From Deltaproteobacteria bacterium (lineage in GTDB: Bacteria > Myxococcota_A > Bradymonadia > UBA7976 > VGTA01), in NCBI GenBank assembly GCA_016874875.1, contig VGTA01000001.1, forward strand, positions 1 through 37,224: 37,224 nt of DNA. Reading direction: 5' to 3'. The translations under genes were made by a program, and so were the position numbers. Shown piece after piece: positions 23,972 to 37,224 of the stretch (position 1 is its first letter; each line of letters begins with the position of its first letter). The notes under the pieces were generated by a model. The model saw only the letters and a program-made list of their open reading frames with translations. It was not told the origin of the DNA and ran no database searches.

Positions 23972-24382
23972 ATGCTCTCTCCCAAGAAGACTAAGTTCCG
24001 CAAGCAGCAGAAGGGGCGCCTGCGCGGCGTCGCCAAGGCCGGCACCGACGTGTCGTTTGGCGACTTCGGCCTACAGGCCCTCAGCAGCGCCCTCGTCAGC
24101 GCCCGCCAGATCGAGGCCGCCCGTATCGCCATGACGCGCTACACGCGCCGCCAGGGCAAGATCTGGATCCGCGTGTTCCCCGACAAGCCCATCACCAAGC
24201 GCCCCGCCGAGACCCGCATGGGTAAGGGTAAGGGCAGCGTGGAGCTGTGGGCCTGCCCCGTGAACCGCGGTCGCGTGATGTATGAGATGGACGGCGTGCC
24301 TGAGGAGATGGCCCGCGAGGCCTTCCGCCTGGCCGCCCACAAGCTCCCCGTCAAGACTCGTTTCCTCAAGCGAGGTGAGTAA
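23972..24382 (+). CDS. rplP: 50S ribosomal protein L16
   Basis: [35 protein letters not shown]. Confidence 0.97.
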   Translation: MLSPKKTKFRKQQKGRLRGVAKAGTDVSFGDFGLQALSSALVSARQIEAARIAMTRYTRRQGKIWIRVFPDKPITKRPAETRMGKGKGSVELWACPVNRGRVMYEMDGVPEEMAREAFRLAAHKLPVKTRFLKRGE

Positions 24383-24384
24383 AC

Positions 24385-24597
24385 ATGAAGCCCCTTAAGA
24401 GCAGCGATCTGCGCCAGAAGAAGACCGAGGAGCTCGAGGCCCTCCGCCAAGAGCGCCGCCGCATGGTGTTTGACGCGCGCTTCAACCACTACACGGGCCA
24501 GGCCACCGACACCGCCGCGATCACCATCGGTCGCCGCGACATCGCCCGTATCGAGACCATCCTGAGCGAGCGCGCGCGCGCCGCCACCGGAGGCTAA
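24385..24597 (+). CDS. rpmC: 50S ribosomal protein L29
   Basis: A 70-aa protein, [31 protein letters not shown], lying between rplP and rpsQ. Confidence 0.9.
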   Translation: MKPLKSSDLRQKKTEELEALRQERRRMVFDARFNHYTGQATDTAAITIGRRDIARIETILSERARAATGG

Positions 24598-24602
24598 GCG
24601 AA

Positions 24603-24902
24603 ATGAACCAAGAGACCACCGTGGCCCCCACCGCCCCCAAGGCCCGCGGCCAGCGCAAGACCCGCCAGGGCAAGGTCGTGAGCGATCGCATGGACAAGAC
24701 CATCGTCGTTCAGATCGATGAGCGCGTGATGCACCCCGTCTACAAGAAGTACGTGCGCAAGCGCGTGAAGTACAAGGCCCACGACGAGCAGAACAGCGCC
24801 AAGATCGGCGACACTGTGATGATCGAGGAGTGCCGTCCCCTGAGCAGCCAGAAGCGCTGGCGTCTCAAGGGCATCGTCGAGCGCGCGCCCGCGCTGAACT
24901 AA
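24603..24902 (+). CDS. rpsQ: 30S ribosomal protein S17
   Basis: [62 protein letters not shown]. Confidence 0.96.
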   Translation: MNQETTVAPTAPKARGQRKTRQGKVVSDRMDKTIVVQIDERVMHPVYKKYVRKRVKYKAHDEQNSAKIGDTVMIEECRPLSSQKRWRLKGIVERAPALN

Positions 24903-24917
24903 GAGGTAGGTGTCGCA

Positions 24918-25286
24918 ATGATTCAGATGCAGACCATCCTGACGGCCGCCGACAACTCTGGCGCGAAGAAGCTCATGTGCATCAAGGTGCTCGGCGGCTC
25001 TAAGCGCAAGTACGCCTCCATCGGTGACATCATCGTGGTGAGCGTGCGCGAGGCGCTCCCCAACTCCCGCGTCAAGAAGGGCGCCGTCCGCCGCGCCGTC
25101 GTGGTGCGCACCGCCAAGGAGGTCCGTCGTATCGACGGCTCCTACATCAAGTTTGACGTCAACTCCGCGGTCCTGATCAACGAGGCTAACGACCCGATCG
25201 GTACCCGCGTCTTCGGCCCGGTCGCCCGCGAGCTCCGCTCCAAGGGCTTCATGAAGATCGTCTCTCTGGCCCCCGAAGTTATCTAA
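24918..25286 (+). CDS. rplN: 50S ribosomal protein L14
   Basis: [43 protein letters not shown]. Confidence 0.97.
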   Translation: MIQMQTILTAADNSGAKKLMCIKVLGGSKRKYASIGDIIVVSVREALPNSRVKKGAVRRAVVVRTAKEVRRIDGSYIKFDVNSAVLINEANDPIGTRVFGPVARELRSKGFMKIVSLAPEVI

Positions 25287-25301
25287 GTTAGGAACAGATC
25301 C

Positions 25302-25703
25302 ATGTACATCCAGACTGGAGACCTGGTGCAGGTGATCGCGGGCAAGAACAAGGGCCAAACTGGCCGTGTGACCCGCGTAGACCGCAGCCGCAACCGCGTG
25401 GTGGTCGGGGGCCTGAACCTCGTCACCCGCAACCAAAAGCCCAACCAGATCAGCGAGGGCGGCCGCATTCAGAAGGAGGCGTCCATCCACGCCTCCAACG
25501 TGCGCCTCTACAGCGAGGCCGACGGCCGCGGCTGGCGCGTGGGCGCCCGCTTCGTGGGCCAGGGCGGCGAGCTCTTCTCGTCGTCGAACGACGCCGCCAA
25601 GAGCTTCGCGGAGGCCCCCGCCAAGATCAACAAGGTCCGTGTTTTCCTGAAGCAGGGCGGCGAGGTCTCGCTCGTCCCTGCCCCCGTCAGAGGTGAAGCA
25701 TGA
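25302..25703 (+). CDS. rplX: 50S ribosomal protein L24, with a C-terminal extension (133 aa)
   Basis: It has the KOW motif [21 protein letters not shown] and lies between rplN and rplE. Confidence 0.93.
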   Translation: MYIQTGDLVQVIAGKNKGQTGRVTRVDRSRNRVVVGGLNLVTRNQKPNQISEGGRIQKEASIHASNVRLYSEADGRGWRVGARFVGQGGELFSSSNDAAKSFAEAPAKINKVRVFLKQGGEVSLVPAPVRGEA

Positions 25704-26266
25704 CGCGCATGATCCCCCGCCTCAAGACCCGCTTTGATGCTGAGGTCAAGACCGCCCTCAAGTCCGAGTTCAACTACACCAACGACCACGAGATTCCTCG
25801 CATCGTCAAGGTGGTCCTGAACATGGGCCTCGGCGCCGCCGTGCAAACGCCCAAGATCATCGACGCCGCGCAGGAGGAGCTCTCCATGCTCTCCGGCCAG
25901 CGCGCCGTGGTCACCCGCGCCAAGAAGTCCATCGCGACCTTCAAGCTGCGCGAGAACATGCCGATCGGCTGCGCCGTCACGCTCCGCCGCGACAAGATGT
26001 GGGAGTTCCTCGACCGCCTCGTCAACGTGGCGCTCCCTCGCGTGCGTGACTTCCGCGGCGTGAGCCCCAAGGGCTTTGACGGCCGCGGCAACTTCACCAT
26101 GGGCGTCCGTGAGCACATCATCTTCCCCGAGATCGACTACGATAAGATCGAGCGCATCAAGGGGCTGAACGTCACGGTCGTGACCACCGCCAAGACCGAC
26201 GAGGAGGCCCGCGCGCTCCTCTCCCACATCGGCATGCCCTTCCGCAAGGGCGGGAAGCAGCCCTAA
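25700..26266 (+). CDS. rplE: 50S ribosomal protein L5
   Basis: [69 protein letters not shown]. The start overlaps the rplX stop (atga). Confidence 0.97.
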   Translation: MTRMIPRLKTRFDAEVKTALKSEFNYTNDHEIPRIVKVVLNMGLGAAVQTPKIIDAAQEELSMLSGQRAVVTRAKKSIATFKLRENMPIGCAVTLRRDKMWEFLDRLVNVALPRVRDFRGVSPKGFDGRGNFTMGVREHIIFPEIDYDKIERIKGLNVTVVTTAKTDEEARALLSHIGMPFRKGGKQP

Positions 26267-26357
26267 GCCGCAACGCGGCCTAGGCTGAACCCCAACACCA
26301 CATCTGGGGAGCGAGCGCCTGCGCTCGGGCTACCCCACAAGCTTGAGGGAATGACTC

Positions 26358-26759
26358 ATGGGCATGACTGACCCGATCTCCGATCTCCTGACCCGTATCC
26401 GCAACGCCATCGCGATGCAGCACGACACGGTGAACGTCCCCGCGTCGAACCTGAAGCTGCGCGTGCTCTACCTCCTGCGCGAGGAGGGCTTCATCCGCAA
26501 CTTCAAGATGGTCCCGAGCGACAACAACCAGGGCGTCATCTGCGTGTACCTCAAGTACTCCGATGACAAGACCTCCGCCATCACCCAGCTCCAGCGCGCC
26601 TCCACGCCCGGCCGCCGCACCTACGTGCAGGCCTCGTCGCTCCCCCGCGTGCGCAACGGGCTCGGCATCGCCATCATCTCGACCTCGCAGGGCGTGATGA
26701 CCGACAGCCAGGCCGCCAAGCTCGGCATCGGCGGCGAGCACATCTGCTCCGTCTGGTGA
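26358..26759 (+). CDS. rpsH: 30S ribosomal protein S8
   Basis: MGMTDPISDLLTRIRNAIAMQHD; gaggga lies 7 nt upstream. Confidence 0.96.
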   Translation: MGMTDPISDLLTRIRNAIAMQHDTVNVPASNLKLRVLYLLREEGFIRNFKMVPSDNNQGVICVYLKYSDDKTSAITQLQRASTPGRRTYVQASSLPRVRNGLGIAIISTSQGVMTDSQAAKLGIGGEHICSVW

Positions 26760-26790
26760 TCTCAGGCTTAGGACTAAAGGAACATACACT

Positions 26791-27339
26791 ATGTCTCGTA
26801 TTGGTAAGCTCCCCGTCGCGATTCCCGCCGGGGTCACCGTTGAGCTCTCTGAGGGCACCACGGTGAAGGCCAAGGGCCCCAAGGGCGCCCTCAGCTGCAC
26901 TCTCCCCCCCCTCACCTCCGTGACGCAGGACGGCAAGGCCCTCCGCGTCGCCCGCGCCAACGATGAGCAGGAGGCCCGCGCGATGCACGGCCTCGCGCGC
27001 AGCCTGGTCAACAACCTGATCCAGGGCGTGAGCGCCGGCTACACCCGCTCGCTCGAGATCGTGGGCGTCGGTTACTCCGTGGAGCAGAAGAACGGCTACC
27101 TCGTCTTCCTGCTCGGCTACAGCCACCCCATCTACTATGAGCTCCCCGAGGGCGTGTCCGTGGTCCTCGACCCCAAGGTCAAGACCAAGCTCACCCTCAA
27201 CAGCGCCAGCCGCGAGGCCCTCGGCGCCGCCGCCGCCATCGTGCGTGGCTTCCGTCCCCCCGAGCCCTACAAGGGCAAGGGCGTGAAGTACACCGACGAG
27301 GTCATCCGCCGCAAGGAAGGCAAGTCCAAGGGACGCTAA
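26791..27339 (+). CDS. rplF: 50S ribosomal protein L6
   Basis: MSRIGKLPVAIPAGVTVELSEGTTVKAKGPKGAL..PEPYKGKGVKY. Confidence 0.97.
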   Translation: MSRIGKLPVAIPAGVTVELSEGTTVKAKGPKGALSCTLPPLTSVTQDGKALRVARANDEQEARAMHGLARSLVNNLIQGVSAGYTRSLEIVGVGYSVEQKNGYLVFLLGYSHPIYYELPEGVSVVLDPKVKTKLTLNSASREALGAAAAIVRGFRPPEPYKGKGVKYTDEVIRRKEGKSKGR

Positions 27340-27351
27340 GAGGAAACGCAC

Positions 27352-27717
27352 ATGTCTGACAAGGTCCGTAACTCATCTCGCATCCGTCGTAAGCGCTCCA
27401 TCCGCAAGCGCCTCAGCGGCACCACTGAGCGCCCCCGCCTCAGCGTGTTCCGCTCCTGCAAGCACATCTACGCGCAGGTCATCGACGACACCACCGGCAG
27501 CACCCTCGCGGCTGCCTCCACCAAGAGCCCCGAGCTGCGCGATCAGCTCGCCGGCAAGAACAAGACCGAGCACGCCGCGCTCGTGGGCGCCCTCATCGCC
27601 CAGAAGACGCTGGCCGCGGAGATCAGCCAGGTGGTCTTTGACCGCAACGGCTTCATCTACCACGGTCGCGTGAAGGCCGTGGCGGACGGCGCCCGCGAGG
27701 GTGGCCTGCAGTTCTGA
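27352..27717 (+). CDS. rplR: 50S ribosomal protein L18
   Basis: [65 protein letters not shown]. Confidence 0.96.
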   Translation: MSDKVRNSSRIRRKRSIRKRLSGTTERPRLSVFRSCKHIYAQVIDDTTGSTLAAASTKSPELRDQLAGKNKTEHAALVGALIAQKTLAAEISQVVFDRNGFIYHGRVKAVADGAREGGLQF

Positions 27718-27757
27718 GGTCCCCCTCGGCCTGAGCTCTGTCGCCAGAGGTCTGACC

Positions 27758-27812
27758 CGCCGCGCCCCGCGCCCCGACTCTCGCAGGTTGGGCGCGGGGC
27801 GCGGCGCTTTTC
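27758..27812 (+). terminator. Strong intrinsic terminator-like hairpin 40 nt after rplR
   Basis: A perfect 17-bp GC stem pairs 27758-27774 (cgccgcgccccgcgccc) with 27790-27806 (gggcgcggggcgcggcg). The loop is 15 nt and the stem is followed by cttttc. Confidence 0.6.
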
Positions 27813-27849
27813 GCGGACCAGAACGGGGACCAGAACTTTCCGCATGATG

Positions 27850-27893
27850 TTGACGAATCGCGTTGACATCCAAAGTGACGCTCATGTACAAGA
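27850..27893 (+). promoter_or_regulatory. Promoter-like region upstream of rpsE (two TTGAC boxes)
   Basis: TTGACG at 27850 and TTGACA at 27863. The -10 candidates are weak (tgtaca/tacaag, about 16-17 nt downstream of the second box). A ggaccagaac(gg) x2 repeat lies just upstream at 27815-27836. Confidence 0.3.
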
Positions 27894-28013
27894 CGCCCCT
27901 GCCTTCTATCGAAGGGTGTCCCCCCCCGAGTGCGCGCGCCGCTCTGTGGCTGCGCGCGTGCGTCCTTTAGGGGGGGATGCGCGCAACCTACACCTCTCAT
28001 TTGGAGACACACA

Positions 28014-28517
28014 TTGGCTCAGCGTAATGAAGAAGAACTGAAAGAGAAGACGGTCCACGTCAACCGCGTCGCGAAAGTCGTGAAGGGTGGTCGTCGCTTC
28101 AGCTTTAGCGCGCTCGTGGTGGTCGGTGACCAAAACGGCCGTATCGGCATCGGACTCGGGAAGGCCAACGAGGTCCCTGAGGCGATTCGCAAAGGCAAGG
28201 AGCGCGCGGAGCGCAACGTGTTCAGCGTGCCCATCAACGGTGGCACCATCCCCCACGACATCGTGGGCGAGCACGGCGCTGGCCGCGTCCTCCTGCGCCC
28301 CGCGAGCGAGGGCACCGGCGTGATCGCCGGCGGCGCCGTCCGCGCCCTGCTCGAGAGCGCCGGCATCCACAACATCCTCACCAAGTGCATCGGCAGCAAC
28401 AACCCCTACAACGTTGTGTACGCCACCATCGAGGCGCTCCAGAGCCTCAACTCTCCCGAGCGCGTCGTTGAGCGTCGCGGCAAGAGCGTTGAGGACATGG
28501 GCTACAGCATCCCTTGA
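28014..28517 (+). CDS. rpsE: 30S ribosomal protein S5
   Basis: The proposed start is TTG 28014, with ggag 7 nt upstream: (M)[57 protein letters not shown]. The track ORF start at 27930 adds an implausible Cys/Arg-rich extension. Confidence 0.93.
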   Translation: MAQRNEEELKEKTVHVNRVAKVVKGGRRFSFSALVVVGDQNGRIGIGLGKANEVPEAIRKGKERAERNVFSVPINGGTIPHDIVGEHGAGRVLLRPASEGTGVIAGGAVRALLESAGIHNILTKCIGSNNPYNVVYATIEALQSLNSPERVVERRGKSVEDMGYSIP

Positions 28518-28578
28518 CGCGGCCCTTGGCCTAAAGACACCTACACCTCCCTCTTGAGGGATCCACAAGGAGGCGACA

Positions 28579-28761
28579 TTGAAGATCAAGGTCGTTCAAA
28601 CTCGGAGCGCCATCGGGCGCTCTCAAGACCAGCACCAGACCTTGCGCGGCCTCGGTTTGACCAAGATCCGCAAGGAGAGCATCCTAGACGACACCCCCGC
28701 CGTGCGAGGCATGATCCGCAAGGTCGCGCATCTCGTCCAGTGGCAGGAAATCAACGGATAA
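28579..28761 (+). CDS. rpmD: 50S ribosomal protein L30
   Basis: TTG start after aaggagg. [52 protein letters not shown]. Confidence 0.93.
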   Translation: MKIKVVQTRSAIGRSQDQHQTLRGLGLTKIRKESILDDTPAVRGMIRKVAHLVQWQEING

Positions 28762-29235
28762 ATGGCGATGACTGAGCTCAGCAATCTCAAGGCCCCGGAA
28801 GGGGCAGTTCGTAACAAGAAGCGAGTCGGGCGTGGCGAGTCCTCCGGCATGGGTAAGACCGCCGGCAAGGGCAACAAGGGCCAGAAGTCGCGCCAGGGCA
28901 CCGGCAAGCCGGGCCGCGGTCGCGCCTACGAGGGCGGTCAGATGCCCCTCGCCCGGCGTCTCCCTAAGCGGGGGTTCGTCAGTCTCAACCGCGTCGAGTA
29001 CGCCATCATCAACATCGGTCAGCTCGCTGAGGTCGAGGCCAACAGCGTGGTGGACATCAACTTTCTCCGCGAGCGCGGCATGATCAAGAAGGGCTATGAG
29101 CTCCTCAAGGTCCTCGGCGACGGCGAGCTCAGCGTGCCCCTCACGATCTATGCTGACAAGTTCAGCAAGTCCGCCTCCGAGCGTATCACCGCCGCCGGCG
29201 GTCAGGCTAAGCCCGCCGCTGAGCAGCAGGCCTGA
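28762..29235 (+). CDS. rplO: 50S ribosomal protein L15
   Basis: LSNLKAPEGAVRNKKRVGRGESSGMGKTAGKGNKGQKSR..GGQMPLARRLPKRGF. Confidence 0.96.
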   Translation: MAMTELSNLKAPEGAVRNKKRVGRGESSGMGKTAGKGNKGQKSRQGTGKPGRGRAYEGGQMPLARRLPKRGFVSLNRVEYAIINIGQLAEVEANSVVDINFLRERGMIKKGYELLKVLGDGELSVPLTIYADKFSKSASERITAAGGQAKPAAEQQA

Positions 29236-29252
29236 GCCAAAGGAGACACGCT

Positions 29253-30560
<1,308 letters not shown>

Positions 30561-30696
30561 GAGGCGATCTGAGCGCCGCGAGCAAGCATGCGAGTCCCCG
30601 CGCCTGGCGCGGGGGCGCTGAACACACAACCGTTCAAGAGCCAAAGAGCGCACCGCGCTCGACAAGCCTGCCCCTCGGGCAGAACGAGAGAGAGAA

Positions 30697-30810
30697 ATGA
30701 AAGTACGTGCTTCTGTTAAGAAGATCTGTCCTAAGTGCAAGGTCATCAAGCGCCACGGCAGTGTGCGCGTGATCTGCGAGGACCCCCGCCACAAGCAGCG
30801 TCAAGGCTAA
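30697..30810 (+). CDS. rpmJ: 50S ribosomal protein L36
   Basis: Not in the ORF track because it is under 60 aa. [37 protein letters not shown], with a purine-rich agagagagaa upstream. Confidence 0.93.
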   Translation: MKVRASVKKICPKCKVIKRHGSVRVICEDPRHKQRQG

Positions 30811-30820
30811 GGAGTAACCC

Positions 30821-31189
30821 ATGGCTCGCATCGCAGGCGTGGATCTCCGCCGCAACAAGCGTATTGAGATCGCGCTCACCGACATTTACGGTATTGGTCT
30901 GACGACCTCCCAGAAGATCCTCAGCGTGCTCGGCCTGAGCCCTGACATCCGCGTGCATGACCTCTCTGAGGTGCAGGTGCGTGATCTTCGCGACCACATC
31001 GAGGCGAACTATAAGGTGGAGGGTGAGCTCCATAACGAGGTCAAGCTGAACATCAAGCGCCTCATGGACCTCGGCTGCTACCGTGGGCTCCGCCACCGCC
31101 GCGGGCTCCCCGTGCGCGGCCAGCGCACCCGCACCAACGCTCGTACCCGCAAGGGCCCCCGCCGCATCGTCCCCAAGAAGAAGAAGTAA
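30821..31189 (+). CDS. rpsM: 30S ribosomal protein S13
   Basis: [58 protein letters not shown]. Confidence 0.97.
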   Translation: MARIAGVDLRRNKRIEIALTDIYGIGLTTSQKILSVLGLSPDIRVHDLSEVQVRDLRDHIEANYKVEGELHNEVKLNIKRLMDLGCYRGLRHRRGLPVRGQRTRTNARTRKGPRRIVPKKKK

Positions 31190-31192
31190 GAG

Positions 31193-31585
31193 ATGTCCAA
31201 GTACGCTGGCACCAAGACCAAGAAGAAGGTGCGCAAGAACGTCCAGTCGGGCGTCGTGCACATCCAGTCAACCTTCAACAACACCATCGTCACCGTGGCG
31301 GACCTCCAGGGCAACGTCCTGTCGTGGTCGTCCTCGGGCGCCAAGGGCTTTAAGGGCAGCCGCAAGAGCACGCCCTTCGCCGCCCAGCTCGCCGCTGAGG
31401 ACGCCGCGCGCCGCGCCATGGAGCACGGCCTCAGCTCGGTGAAGGTGCGCGTCAAGGGCCCTGGCTCCGGCCGCGAGTCCGCGCTCCGCGCCCTCAGCGC
31501 CGCAGGCCTCCGCGTGACGCTGATTCGCGACGTGACGCCCGTGCCTCACAACGGCTGCCGCCCCCCCAAGCGCCGCCGCGTCTGA
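31193..31585 (+). CDS. rpsK: 30S ribosomal protein S11
   Basis: [66 protein letters not shown]. Confidence 0.97.
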   Translation: MSKYAGTKTKKKVRKNVQSGVVHIQSTFNNTIVTVADLQGNVLSWSSSGAKGFKGSRKSTPFAAQLAAEDAARRAMEHGLSSVKVRVKGPGSGRESALRALSAAGLRVTLIRDVTPVPHNGCRPPKRRRV

Positions 31586-31633
31586 CGCGCCCCTAGCGCG
31601 CCTCACACCCACGATCTGCGTTGCGCCCTAGCG

Positions 31634-31694
31634 GCGCGCTGAGCCGCGCGCTGAGCCGCGCGCTGAGCCACAGCCCACAGGCCACAGCCCACAG
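31634..31694. repeat. Two abutting tandem repeats: gcgcgctgagcc x3, then gccacagcccacag x2
   Basis: Direct reading in the rpsK-rpoA spacer. Confidence 0.95.
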
Positions 31695-31707
31695 AAGGTA
31701 GCTGCAC

Positions 31708-32841
31708 ATGGAGATGAACCCCGTCATTGAGCACAGCTGGGGCGGCCTGCGCCTCCCCAGGGACATCGAGGTCATTCGGTCCGACGAGAAGCGCGGCGTG
31801 TTCGCCATCGAGCCGCTCCAGGCGGGCTACGGTGTCTTCGTTGGGAACGCCCTGCGCCGCGTGCTCTTGTCTTCTCTCCACGGCGCCGCGGTGGTCCTGA
31901 TCAGCATCCCGCAGGTCACGCACGAGTTCAGCTCGGTGCCCGGCGTGATCGAGGACGTGACGGCCATCATCCTCAACCTCAAGCAGGTGCGCTTCCGCTA
32001 CAGCGGGGAGCAGGCGGTCCGCCTGACCCTCAAGGTGGTGGCGGAGCCCGGCGAGGGGAGCTGGTATGTGCGCGCGGGTGACATCGACACCACCCCCGAG
32101 CACGGCGGCGCGCCGCTGGTGACGGTGCTCAACCCTGAGCTCCACATCGCCACCCTCTCGCGCAAGCCCCGCGCGCCGGTCACCTTCGAGATGACCCTCT
32201 GGGTCGACTCGAGCTACGGCTACGCGGGCCCGGAGGACCACAAGCTGAAGTACTATCAGCTGGACTCCGCGCGCCCGACGGTGATCGGCGTGGACGGCAA
32301 GACGGGCGCGCGCTGTGAGGTGGTGCCCGCCGCCTCTGAGCACGAGTACATCCCCATCGACTCCATCTATCGCCCCATCAGCCGCGTGAACTTCCGCGTG
32401 CAGCCCACGCAGGTGGGCGGCGCGCGCGCTGATCGGCTCGAGATTGAGGTCGACGGCGACGGCAGCGTCACGCCGCGTGAGGCCATCGCCCTGAGCGCTA
32501 AGATCCTCAAGGAGCAGATGAGCGTCTTTGTCCTCTTCCGTGAGGAGGTGGGCGAGCCCGCGTATGAGGCCCCTGTGGATCAAGAGCAGACCTTTAACGA
32601 GAACCTCTACCGCCAGGTGGATGAGCTCGAGCTCTCTGTGCGCTCCTCGAACTGCCTGAAGTCTGCTAACATCACCTATATCGGTGAGCTGGTGCAGAAG
32701 ACGGGCCCCGAGATGCTCAAGACCAAGAACTTTGGTCGCAAGTCCCTCCGCGAGCTCGAGGAAGTCTTGAGCTCGATGAACCTCCAACTAGGCATGAAGA
32801 TCGACGGGTGGTCACCCGACAACGCGCCCAAGAAGAAGTAA
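31708..32841 (+). CDS. rpoA: DNA-directed RNA polymerase alpha subunit (377 aa, somewhat long)
   Basis: [47 protein letters not shown], plus the C-terminal domain [49 protein letters not shown]. Confidence 0.95.
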   Translation: MEMNPVIEHSWGGLRLPRDIEVIRSDEKRGVFAIEPLQAGYGVFVGNALRRVLLSSLHGAAVVLISIPQVTHEFSSVPGVIEDVTAIILNLKQVRFRYSGEQAVRLTLKVVAEPGEGSWYVRAGDIDTTPEHGGAPLVTVLNPELHIATLSRKPRAPVTFEMTLWVDSSYGYAGPEDHKLKYYQLDSARPTVIGVDGKTGARCEVVPAASEHEYIPIDSIYRPISRVNFRVQPTQVGGARADRLEIEVDGDGSVTPREAIALSAKILKEQMSVFVLFREEVGEPAYEAPVDQEQTFNENLYRQVDELELSVRSSNCLKSANITYIGELVQKTGPEMLKTKNFGRKSLRELEEVLSSMNLQLGMKIDGWSPDNAPKKK

Positions 32842-32878
32842 GCGCGCTCACTTAGGACACACCCAGGAGAAGCACACG

Positions 32879-35507
<2,629 letters not shown>

Positions 35508-35543
35508 GCGCCCTGCCAACGCCCTGCGGCGCCCTCGGCGGGC

Positions 35544-36182
35544 TCAGCCCCGCTCAAAGAGCTCCGCGGGCAGGCTGAGGTAGTCGCGCATGTGCTGCTC
35601 ATAGGTGGCCTGCCCGCTGGCGTCGCTGAGGTCGAGGCGCAGCTCGTTGATGACCTTGACGCTCATCTCCATCCAGCCCTCCCAGCTCTCCTGCGAGATG
35701 TGCTCAAAGATGAACGCCCCGACGGCGTCCTCAAAGGGCTGAAAGCGCATGCGCTGCCCCACGCGCCCCGTCCGCGCGCAGCGCACCTCCCCCTCCCCCG
35801 GCTCGCGCCCGTCGTCGGGGGCGGGCTCGTCGATCGCGAGCAGCTCAGAGACCTCGGAGCTGAGGGGCGCGCCGAGGCGGCGGAGGTTTTGGCTGGCGGC
35901 GTTGGAGGTCATCAGCTCGCCGCGGCGCGCGGAGGACTGGTAGCACACCTGCCACGCCTCCACCGCCCCGTCCACGTCGCCCTCGCGCTCGAGCGCATCG
36001 CCGAGGAGCAGGAAGGCGCGCGTGTAGGAGGGGTTGAGGCGCGTCACGTGGCGCAGCACGGGCGCCGCCTCGGCGGCGCGGTCGGCGTCGAGCAGCGCCT
36101 GCCCGAGGGCGAAGTGGGCGAGGTCGTCGTCGGGGTTGGCCTTGGCCATCTTGCGGTACTGCTCGATCATCTCGTCGGTCAT
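35544..36182 (-). CDS. Fusion protein: N-terminal TPR-like repeats plus a C-terminal YggX-like (Fe2+-trafficking / oxidative-damage protection) domain
   Basis: The C-terminal VRCARTGRVGQRMRFQPFEDAVGAFIFEHISQESWEGWMEMSVKVINELRLDLSDASGQATYEQHMRDYL resembles YggX as I remember it (...[37 protein letters not shown]...). The N-terminal AHFALGQALLDADRAAEAAPVLRHVTRLNPSYTRAFLLLGDALEREGDVDGAVEAW is TPR-like. Confidence 0.7.
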   Translation of the reverse strand: MTDEMIEQYRKMAKANPDDDLAHFALGQALLDADRAAEAAPVLRHVTRLNPSYTRAFLLLGDALEREGDVDGAVEAWQVCYQSSARRGELMTSNAASQNLRRLGAPLSSEVSELLAIDEPAPDDGREPGEGEVRCARTGRVGQRMRFQPFEDAVGAFIFEHISQESWEGWMEMSVKVINELRLDLSDASGQATYEQHMRDYLSLPAELFERG

Positions 36183-36217
36183 GGGATTCTCCTGAGGAGC
36201 GGGGGAGGGGGGGGCGG

Positions 36218-36250
36218 GCGCAAGAGCGAGCGCAAGAGCGAGCGCAAGAG

Positions 36251-36262
<12 letters not shown>
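36218..36262. repeat. Tandem 12-mer gcgcaagagcga, about 3.8 copies
   Basis: Direct reading. The third and fourth copies contain the stop codon and last codons (PMFLR-stop) of the minus-strand epimerase gene. Confidence 0.95.

Positions 36263-37224
<962 letters not shown>

Noticed and set aside
27930-28013. An N-terminal 28-aa extension of S5 suggested by the track ORF.
   Set aside because: The Cys/Arg-rich peptide resembles no S5 N-terminus. A TTG at 28014 with a GGAG 7 nt upstream gives a normal-length S5.

Overview
High-GC (about two-thirds G+C by eye) bacterial chromosome segment. From 2.3 kb to 35.5 kb every gene is on the + strand. In order these are proS, an RlmB-like methyltransferase and a tufB-type tRNA operon (Thr-Tyr-Gly-Thr) with tuf. 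Next come secE-nusG, rplKAJL-rpoB, rpsL-rpsG-fusA, the S10/spc/alpha ribosomal-protein blocks with secY and rpoA, then ligA. The flanks carry minus-strand accessory genes: a Hanks-type Ser/Thr kinase and a repeat-headed membrane protein on the left, and a TPR/YggX fusion and an SDR epimerase on the right. I found no CRISPR array, mobile element or defence-type island. The interest lies in how atypical this normally invariant locus is. (1) Several canonical members are absent at tight junctions: rpoC, rplC, rpsN, rpsD, infA/adk/map, rpmG and tRNA-Trp. (2) Core factors carry large lineage-specific additions: NusG of 418 aa with extra NGN-like modules, RpoB of 1704 aa, and EF-G with a repeat-encoded insert in a divergent domain IV. 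(3) A tRNA-shaped element with a 16-bp anticodon-type stem sits where tRNA-Trp is expected. (4) The spc block is cut by a strong terminator plus a promoter-like site between rplR and rpsE. (5) Short tandem duplications (9-19 nt, 2-13 copies) are pervasive and often straddle gene 3' ends. (6) Leaders are G-depleted and C/A-rich, including an ~80-nt C-tract before rpsL. All functional calls come from reading translated motifs and gene order; no searches were run.
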